From: a virus
Reading direction: 5' to 3' (one strand)
IMG/VR virus record: IMGVR_UViG_3300031952_002809
Coordinates: 1-64,000 of that record
DNA: 64,000 nt
Position 1 is the first letter of the stretch. The number at the start of each line of letters is the position of its first letter. Shown one piece after another: positions 57,280 to 64,000 of this stretch. Below the pieces are notes generated by a model. That model worked only from the letters and a program-made list of their open reading frames with translations. It was not told where the DNA came from and ran no database searches. Position numbers and translations under genes: made by a program.

Positions 57280-59680
57280 CAATTTATGCGAACTATTTAC
57301 ATATAAGAATCCAGAGATTTTTCATAAAAAGCGACTCAAATTATCTATTCGTAATGTACCACCATACTTGTATCACTATAAATTAGCGGATACAGATGGT
57401 AAGAAAATTCTGCAGATACCTCGCGGTGGATTACCGCGTGTTATAGCTTTCTACAAACAGAATAATCTTCCCTTTAGACTTATCGATCAGCGCATCGAAT
57501 GTTTATCTATAGATGTGCATCTTATTGATACTACACTGGATAAGCACCAAGAACGAGTGGTTAATGTTCTCCTTCAAAACGATGGGGGTCTTATTGAAGT
57601 AAGCCCAGGCGGAGGTAAGACCATAAGTATGCTCGGTTTGATATCCATACTCAAACAGCCCACACTTATTGTTACACATGAACATCGCTTGAGTGCTCAA
57701 TGGATGACTGAGATACGTAATCGGTTGGGTGGTACTTATACTCTTGGGAAGTACGATGGTGATGTCAAAGAGGATGGGGATATCGTTGTTGGAATCATAA
57801 ATAGTTTATACAATCTCTATCAAGAAAACCCAGGTTTCTTTGACAAATTTGGTACTATAATAGTGGATGAGTGTCTTGATCCAGATACTGTTATAACTGT
57901 TCCTACAGGAATAAAGAAGCTTCGTGATATTAAAGTTGGAGATACTGTTATAACCCCAACCGGAGCAGCTTTGGTAAAAAGAATTTGGACTACAACAAAA
58001 GAAGCTTTTAAATATAAAATGACTAATGGTAATTATTTAATAACATCTAAAGAACACATAGTGCATACTTATAGAGATTTTAATACTGGGTACGCAAGGG
58101 GTACTGAGAACAAACAAATACAAAATTGTAGCGGTCTCTTGTTTTTAAAAGATATTCCCAAAGAGCGAATAATATCTGAATTTGATCTTATTAACTATTT
58201 GTACGGTTGGTTTATTGGGGATGGTACATGTGATAATAGCTATATAAACTTTTCTTTTAGAAAGAAAGAAAAAATAGAATGCTTTGAAAATGCTTTTTCT
58301 GGCTATGATATGTTTAATAAATTTGGTAATTCACGGGGGGACTCTGTTTATCGTCTAAAATCTGTTTATGAGGAGCAATTACACGACCGGTTTGATATTT
58401 ACCACGGAAGAAAATCTGTGGATATGCGGCTTCCTGACTTTATTTATGCTACAACAGATATTTCTTTTATTCGTGGTTTATTTGAAGCTGATGGCTGTCG
58501 GCATGCTGATACTGGTACACAAAAACAAAATTCTATAGAACTCTCTCTTATATTAAAAAATGTAATTTATCAAGTTGCAGATATGCTAAGGGGGATGGGT
58601 ATCTATAATACAGTTACAGGGCTCACACACAGTAACTCCCAAGCAAGTTTAGTGTACAGAGTATCTATTCCTTCTTTCTATATAAATACCTTTAATGAAA
58701 AAATAGGATGGTTTGGTTATAAAAATATAATTATGAATCCTCGAAAAATAAATAGAACTCCTTTCACTGCTCTTTCTATAAAATCAGTAGAACCTATGGG
58801 TAATCGTGATCTAATAGATATTGAATTAGAGGATGAAAATAAGCTATTTATAGCAAATGGTATAATTGTGCATAATTGCCATCATTTACCTGCTGAAATG
58901 TTTTTATCTGTTTTGAACAACATGCCAGCCAAATATAGAATTGGGGTAACAGGAACGGTTAAACGAAAGGATCAGAAGGAATTACTTACTTTTGATGTTT
59001 TGGGAAAAATACTTATAAAATTTGATGCTTCTGATTTGAAACATCGAATAACAACCTTTGATTATCGTATAGTAAACACCAATATTCGTATGGAAATACC
59101 AACTATTTTTCGTTGGACCGGACAAAAAAGAGAAGATGTCCTTAATATGACAGAATTGCTAACTAAACTTGTCGAAAATAATGATAGGAACGCTATTATA
59201 CTCAAGGAGGCGATTGACCTTATTCAGACTGGATACTTCCCATTGATACTGAGTGATCGAGTGCAGCATAATGAATATTTGCATGAACAACTTACTGCTT
59301 TGGGTATTAAAACTGTTCTGATGATTGGTAAAACTCGAAAGAAAACAAACTGGGATGTGACTAGAAATGATCAAACAATTCAATGTATTGTAGCCAATTC
59401 CAAAATAGCATCTGAAGGATTGGATCTTCCCAGATTATCTGCGTTAATATTAACATGCCCATCTACAAATGTGCATAAGTTGAAACAGCAGATAGGAAGG
59501 ATTCGAAGAGTTTGTGAGGGTAAACCTCTGCCAATGGTCGTAGATATCTGTGATAATTTAGCGTGTACTCGTTCTGAGGATGATCCTAATTATTTATTAC
59601 GGCATACCGCTAGAACGAGAATAAGATTTTATGAGAAATTAAAAAATGAATATGACGATGTTGAGGATACCGATTCGTAA
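57224..59680 (+). CDS. SF2 (DExH, XPB/UvsW-like) helicase with an intein
   Basis: SPGGGKT, IVDE|CHH, TGT, SEGLDLP, QIGRIRR. Confidence 0.9.
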   Translation: MILRDKIYINTAELGYKISNLCELFTYKNPEIFHKKRLKLSIRNVPPYLYHYKLADTDGKKILQIPRGGLPRVIAFYKQNNLPFRLIDQRIECLSIDVHLIDTTLDKHQERVVNVLLQNDGGLIEVSPGGGKTISMLGLISILKQPTLIVTHEHRLSAQWMTEIRNRLGGTYTLGKYDGDVKEDGDIVVGIINSLYNLYQENPGFFDKFGTIIVDECLDPDTVITVPTGIKKLRDIKVGDTVITPTGAALVKRIWTTTKEAFKYKMTNGNYLITSKEHIVHTYRDFNTGYARGTENKQIQNCSGLLFLKDIPKERIISEFDLINYLYGWFIGDGTCDNSYINFSFRKKEKIECFENAFSGYDMFNKFGNSRGDSVYRLKSVYEEQLHDRFDIYHGRKSVDMRLPDFIYATTDISFIRGLFEADGCRHADTGTQKQNSIELSLILKNVIYQVADMLRGMGIYNTVTGLTHSNSQASLVYRVSIPSFYINTFNEKIGWFGYKNIIMNPRKINRTPFTALSIKSVEPMGNRDLIDIELEDENKLFIANGIIVHNCHHLPAEMFLSVLNNMPAKYRIGVTGTVKRKDQKELLTFDVLGKILIKFDASDLKHRITTFDYRIVNTNIRMEIPTIFRWTGQKREDVLNMTELLTKLVENNDRNAIILKEAIDLIQTGYFPLILSDRVQHNEYLHEQLTALGIKTVLMIGKTRKKTNWDVTRNDQTIQCIVANSKIASEGLDLPRLSALILTCPSTNVHKLKQQIGRIRRVCEGKPLPMVVDICDNLACTRSEDDPNYLLRHTARTRIRFYEKLKNEYDDVEDTDS
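57872..58876 (+). mobile_element. Intein (335 aa, LAGLIDADG) in the helicase Walker B
   Basis: CLDPDT ... YGWFIGDG ... IRGLFEADG ... IIVHN before Cys. Confidence 0.94.
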
Positions 59681-59703
59681 AATACAGTTCTCCAAACCTT
59701 CGT

Positions 59704-60483
59704 ATGAGGGGATTTGCAAAATATGGAATCCCTATGGAAGAGCAAGCGTGCTACAAAGAAGGAATGAGTATAAGCCGTAATTTCGAACATCGGGAAGAAA
59801 AAGAAACACGGAAATTATACGATATTATTAAAAGAGCCATTGTTCTCATTCAGGAGGGATCTCCCTATGAACGAGAGAAGGCTACTTATTTTTTAACTGA
59901 ATTATTTGAACCATACATACGAAAGATTTCTAACAAATTATATAGAAATCTACATGGGGCTCAGGATTACGCAGATATATTGCAGGAAACATATACGATG
60001 TTTCTTACATTATTAAATAAATATAATCCAAAAGTATCTGCTTTCAGTTATTATATAGGAATTATGTTGCCTCAGCACATGAATAGATGGGCTGAAAAGG
60101 AAATAGTATATACTAGTGTTAATACTCCCATTGACATTGAAGAATATTCCTTAGTAGATCCATCATTTAAAAATGCTAATGTTGTATCTGATTATTTGAA
60201 TGCATACGTTCTTACTCGAGAATACCAGGAATTTATAAAAAAAAGAGCTGAGCGTCAATCTCGTAGTGGAACAGTGAGTCAGGTTTGTTATAGATACTTT
60301 TTGGGTAGCGATACGTGCTCGGAGATTGCTCGAGACTTAGGAATCTCATACCACGCAGTCTATGAAATTATTGGAAAGATAAAAAAGGAATTGCAGCAAT
60401 TCTTCTATACTAGTGCTTTTTCTGGATGTGTTATTTCAAGTACAGGAATAGTTCAGAAGGATGTAACGTATGGACAGTATTAA
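59704..60483 (+). CDS. Sigma70-family phage sigma factor (start may be downstream)
   Basis: DILQETY..LLNKYNP..AFSYYI region 2; TCSEIARDLGISYHAV region-4 HTH. Confidence 0.75.
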   Translation: MRGFAKYGIPMEEQACYKEGMSISRNFEHREEKETRKLYDIIKRAIVLIQEGSPYEREKATYFLTELFEPYIRKISNKLYRNLHGAQDYADILQETYTMFLTLLNKYNPKVSAFSYYIGIMLPQHMNRWAEKEIVYTSVNTPIDIEEYSLVDPSFKNANVVSDYLNAYVLTREYQEFIKKRAERQSRSGTVSQVCYRYFLGSDTCSEIARDLGISYHAVYEIIGKIKKELQQFFYTSAFSGCVISSTGIVQKDVTYGQY

Positions 60484-60685
60484 ACATATACATGTTGCAA
60501 TACCAGAGCATGTGTATTTTCATTTTAAACATAAATGTTCTTTTTTTGAATTGTCTCGCTCGGATGTTTTAGTAACATTGATTGAGAAATTTATTGATGG
60601 CGATTTTGATACAGATTTCGGCTTAGAGGTGTTTTTACATGCGGGACATCGGGATACTGACGCATCCAATAGACAAAGAAAATGA
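60470..60685 (+). CDS. Ribbon-helix-helix-like protein
   Basis: KHIHVAIPEHVYFHFKHKC..SRSDVLVTLIEKFI. Confidence 0.6.
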   Translation: MDSIKHIHVAIPEHVYFHFKHKCSFFELSRSDVLVTLIEKFIDGDFDTDFGLEVFLHAGHRDTDASNRQRK

Positions 60686-62111
60686 ATGTCTTGTTATTGC
60701 CAATGCTTTAAAAAATGCTGAAAACAGGGAAATCTTTGTTCGAAGAGTTGCGTATAATCTATTCAGACTAAAGGAATACCAAACACTCGCCTGGGGAATT
60801 CTTGAAGTAAGCAAATCTGGAATAGAATTTAATCCTGACGCAGTTCGACTTAAATCACAGGCATGCCCAGTTCGCTATACGGTTGATCTTCCATTTATTC
60901 AGAATCTGATAACTAACTATCCTGATATTCCTGTATCAAACTTCATCGAACATGTTGAAAAGCTGACTGTTGACAGTGTTAAGCAAAGCATGATCGATTA
61001 CATGACAACAACTATATTTCCTGCATGCACCAATCCAACAATAACTTTGGCTGAATTAGATCAAAGATTTCTATATGGTAAAACTATTATTGAGCGAGGC
61101 TACTCATCTTCAAAGATGGGATTTAAAACACTTTCTGAGGTTGCTGCAGAATACGATATAATGAAAGCTACCGGTACAAGTAAGCGTCCAACCGGATTTA
61201 TCCAACTCGATCGTTATCTTACTGAAGGATTTAAAGATGGTCAAATAACTACTGTCGCAGCCCTCGCATCTCACGGAAAATCTAGTTTATGTCTCTCCAT
61301 GATGAAGAATCTTAGTCAATTGGAACAACCTGTTCCTGTAGCACAATTTGCTTTGGAGATGAATAACACATCTCTATTCACAAAACTTCTTGCATTTCGA
61401 ACACATTTACCTATATCTACTATTGTAAAAAAACCGGAAGATTTATCCTCTGACGAATTAAGTATATATGAGCATGAAAAGCAACAGCTCGCATTGAACA
61501 GGCATATTTTTTTGAATGATAAGCCTTCTCAAAATATAGCCAGCGTTCGAGAACAGATTCTTCTATTACAGGATCATATTAAACAACAATATATGGTTGT
61601 TGTTATAGATCTTTTTGGTAAACTCAGCGACCTGCAATCAAGTGATAATTTTGCTCGAGATTATGAAAAGAAATTAAATGAGATTCAAGTTATGGTGAGA
61701 GAGCTTGGTGTACACATGATTCTTGTTGCACAGCTTAATAGAGAGGTTGGAAAGAAGAACAGACGACCTACTATGAATGATCTTAAAAACTCCCATGCTC
61801 TTACTGAAGTGAGTGATATAATATTTGGGATACATCGTCCTTATTATGATCCAGAAAAAACATTCAAACAATATCTTACCTATGGCATGCCTCAAGATAC
61901 AGACGATGAATATGAAGATGATAGTAAGATAATAGAGACAGATCCTAACCAGAACGTTGCTGAGGTTATTATTCTTAAACAACGAATGGGTCCAAAGGAT
62001 GTTCTCATAAATTTTACATTTGATCCTGTAACTACTTGTTTTTCTCCTGTTACTGAAATGTACCAGCAACAACTAAATATTCGTAAAATTGAAGAAGAAG
62101 ACGAAGAATAG
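60639..62111 (+). CDS. dnaB: Replicative DNA helicase
   Basis: PTGFIQLD, ASHGKS, FALEM, VVID, AQLNR, RPTMNDLKNS, KQRMG. Confidence 0.9.
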   Translation: MRDIGILTHPIDKENECLVIANALKNAENREIFVRRVAYNLFRLKEYQTLAWGILEVSKSGIEFNPDAVRLKSQACPVRYTVDLPFIQNLITNYPDIPVSNFIEHVEKLTVDSVKQSMIDYMTTTIFPACTNPTITLAELDQRFLYGKTIIERGYSSSKMGFKTLSEVAAEYDIMKATGTSKRPTGFIQLDRYLTEGFKDGQITTVAALASHGKSSLCLSMMKNLSQLEQPVPVAQFALEMNNTSLFTKLLAFRTHLPISTIVKKPEDLSSDELSIYEHEKQQLALNRHIFLNDKPSQNIASVREQILLLQDHIKQQYMVVVIDLFGKLSDLQSSDNFARDYEKKLNEIQVMVRELGVHMILVAQLNREVGKKNRRPTMNDLKNSHALTEVSDIIFGIHRPYYDPEKTFKQYLTYGMPQDTDDEYEDDSKIIETDPNQNVAEVIILKQRMGPKDVLINFTFDPVTTCFSPVTEMYQQQLNIRKIEEEDEE

Positions 62112-62135
62112 ACTTAAAAAAGTCCCAAAAATATA

Positions 62136-62165
62136 CTTAAAAAATAACTCTTTCCACCTATATTT
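62136..62165 (+). promoter_or_regulatory. Candidate late promoter upstream of the amidase
   Basis: CTTAAA-N17-TATATTT. Confidence 0.6.
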
Positions 62166-62228
62166 CCCCATTAGATAACACTCTTCACCCATCTGTATAC
62201 ACTGTACCTACTATGCTTGGAGGAATCA

Positions 62229-62897
62229 ATGAGCATTATAAGCAATATTAAGAATATATATAGTAAGAAATCCATTCAAATAGAGCCTCCCGAAACAATA
62301 AGTGTCCAGCCTTTAGTAGAAAGAAAAACCGTAGATATCATCATTGATCGCCAAATAAGAACTAAATATCAAGCTGGGTGGATAGACAAAATAAGAACTA
62401 ATCCGATAACTGAAATTGTTTTGCATGGAACAGCAGGCGGTACAACTGCCGAAGGACTTCTTTTGTGGATGCTTAGTGGGGAACGAGCAAAGGAGTATTA
62501 CAAAGGAATAGCGTTATTTCATTATGCAATAGATCGAGATGAGCCACATATTGTGGAAATAATCGACCCTTCATATTGGGTATACCATTCAAGTTCGGGA
62601 AGTCATGACAAAGAAACTATTGGTATTGAACTAGTAAATCCCTCTAAAACAAATAGAGCCGAGTATACAGATAATCAATATGAAATGGTTTTTAATTTAG
62701 TGTTCAAACATCTTCTTCCAACATACCCTTCTATAAATAAAATAGTTTCTCACGATTACAATATGAAAACATTTTCTGGATTACCTCCGAAGGGATGCCC
62801 TGGAACTGGTTTTGATTGGACTCTCCTTGAAAAAAAATTAACTAGCAATAACAAGAAATTTACTAAGATCGAAACTGGTTCATACCAGTTAGCTTAG
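62229..62897 (+). CDS. N-acetylmuramoyl-L-alanine amidase (Amidase_2), probable endolysin
   Basis: IVLHGTA, FHYAID, IGIELVN, IVSHD, KGCPG; RBS GGAGG. Confidence 0.85.
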   Translation: MSIISNIKNIYSKKSIQIEPPETISVQPLVERKTVDIIIDRQIRTKYQAGWIDKIRTNPITEIVLHGTAGGTTAEGLLLWMLSGERAKEYYKGIALFHYAIDRDEPHIVEIIDPSYWVYHSSSGSHDKETIGIELVNPSKTNRAEYTDNQYEMVFNLVFKHLLPTYPSINKIVSHDYNMKTFSGLPPKGCPGTGFDWTLLEKKLTSNNKKFTKIETGSYQLA

Positions 62898-62950
62898 TAT
62901 ATTCTGGTAGGATTTTTTGAAAAAGAAGTTATCACACAATAGGATACGTA

Positions 62951-64000
62951 ATGGCTACTAGTGGTTATATGGTAGGACCCGTAGGGCCGGTAGGACCAAA
63001 AGGAGTTCCCGGCCCCCAAGGACCCGTTGGGCCAGGAGGTCCTCCTGGATCTCGAGGACTCCAAGGACCATCTGGAGGACCTCCTGGTCCGCAAGGACTC
63101 CAAGGCATAAAGGGTGCCACTGGATCTCAAGGACCATCTGGACCTCAAGGTCCTCGTGGATTAGTAGGATATTCTGGAGCTCCTGGGCCTCCAGGAGTAC
63201 CAGGTCCTGCTGGTCTGCAGGGTGTTCAGGGAGAAAAAGGAGACACTGGTCCAGCAGGAGCTGATGGTGCCCCTCTTATATGGAAAGGATCTTTTTCGAC
63301 AGCGCCTCTTTCTCCACAATTAAACTGGGCATATTATAACACAACTGATAAGAAATCCTATGTTTGGAATGGGACTAGTTGGAATATTGTTGCTCAGGAT
63401 GGTCAAACGGGTGCTGAAGGTCCACAGGGGGATGCTGGTATATCTTTGCTGTGGCAAGGTTCTTTTGATACCCCTCCACCTGATCCTTTGCTTAACTGGG
63501 CTTATTATAATACTATCGATAAGAAATCGTATATTTGGAACTCTTCTGTCTGGACTCTCGTTGCACAAGATGGCGATACAGGCCCACAAGGTGTTCAAGG
63601 TCCTCCTGGGGTAGATGGTATTTCTATATTTTGGAAAGGTTCTCTTTCGGCACCGCCATCTGATCCTTTGCTTAACTGGGCTTATTACAGTATACCAGAT
63701 AAAAAATCATACATATGGGATTCTGTAAGTTGGACTATGCTTGTTCAAGACGGTGCGCAGGGGTCGCAGGGAGAACAAGGTATTCAGGGTATTCCAGGCC
63801 CCCCTGGGCATGGAAATGTAGATGGCCCTGGTTCAGCCATCGTAGGTCATATAGCAACTTTTGCTACTAGCAGCGGTGAATACTTAGCAGATAGCGGTTT
63901 TTTTGCACAGGATGCCACAACCTTCGATAAAGGCTTTGTTCAACTTTCTAATAACTATCTGGGAACTTCAGAAAGCCTTGCTGTGACTGAGCTTGCTCTG
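62951..64000 (+). CDS. Collagen-like fibre protein, truncated by the window edge (absent from the ORF track)
   Basis: Manual translation [18 protein letters not shown]... with long Gly-X-Y runs, three W-rich repeats and a [20 protein letters not shown] tail-fibre repeat. Confidence 0.85.
   Translation, partial: MATSGYMVGPVGPVGPKGVPGPQGPVGPGGPPGSRGLQGPSGGPPGPQGLQGIKGATGSQGPSGPQGPRGLVGYSGAPGPPGVPGPAGLQGVQGEKGDTGPAGADGAPLIWKGSFSTAPLSPQLNWAYYNTTDKKSYVWNGTSWNIVAQDGQTGAEGPQGDAGISLLWQGSFDTPPPDPLLNWAYYNTIDKKSYIWNSSVWTLVAQDGDTGPQGVQGPPGVDGISIFWKGSLSAPPSDPLLNWAYYSIPDKKSYIWDSVSWTMLVQDGAQGSQGEQGIQGIPGPPGHGNVDGPGSAIVGHIATFATSSGEYLADSGFFAQDATTFDKGFVQLSNNYLGTSESLAVTELAL

Noticed and set aside
62894-63614. 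Short ORFs listed in the track over the right end
   Set aside because: Alternative frames of the collagen-like gene starting at 62951
1-64000. Stop-codon reassignment (alternative genetic code)
   Set aside because: Conserved genes are full length in the standard code, and TAA, TAG and TGA all end genes at sensible positions
1-64000. tRNA, rRNA, integrase, terminase large subunit, reverse transcriptase/DGR
   Set aside because: No recognisable motifs seen by eye; tRNAscan-SE and HMM searches would be needed to exclude them formally

Overview
This window is 64 kb of a large, AT-rich tailed dsDNA bacteriophage genome (Caudoviricetes) read in the standard genetic code. It has two divergent arms. 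The minus-strand arm (~3.4-27.5 kb) is an unusually expanded head module: major capsid protein, decoration protein, scaffold-like protein, prohead-protease-like protein, an intein-containing portal and about ten unknown proteins. To its left are a free-standing endonuclease and a host-like CDF metal transporter. The plus-strand arm (28.2-62.1 kb) holds replication, recombination and nucleotide genes: an iteron-containing initiator, two sigma factors, SbcCD, class II RNR, dUTPase, SSB, RuvC, a UDG-PolA fusion, a clamp, RecA, primase, a tubulin, an SF2 helicase and DnaB. An amidase and a collagen-like fibre end the window. Four inteins are present. The most notable observations are: (i) a modular head-protein system in which shared small domains end in a K/R-x-A motif, are fused to different cargoes and keep internal RBS+ATG starts; (ii) a candidate phage-sigma late promoter, CYTAAA-N17-TATATTT; (iii) a shared palindromic operator in sigma70-like promoters; (iv) palindromic iterons plus tubulin/RHH genes suggesting a phage-plasmid lifestyle; (v) several enzymes with degenerate catalytic motifs. 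All family assignments come from motif recognition by eye; no database search was run.
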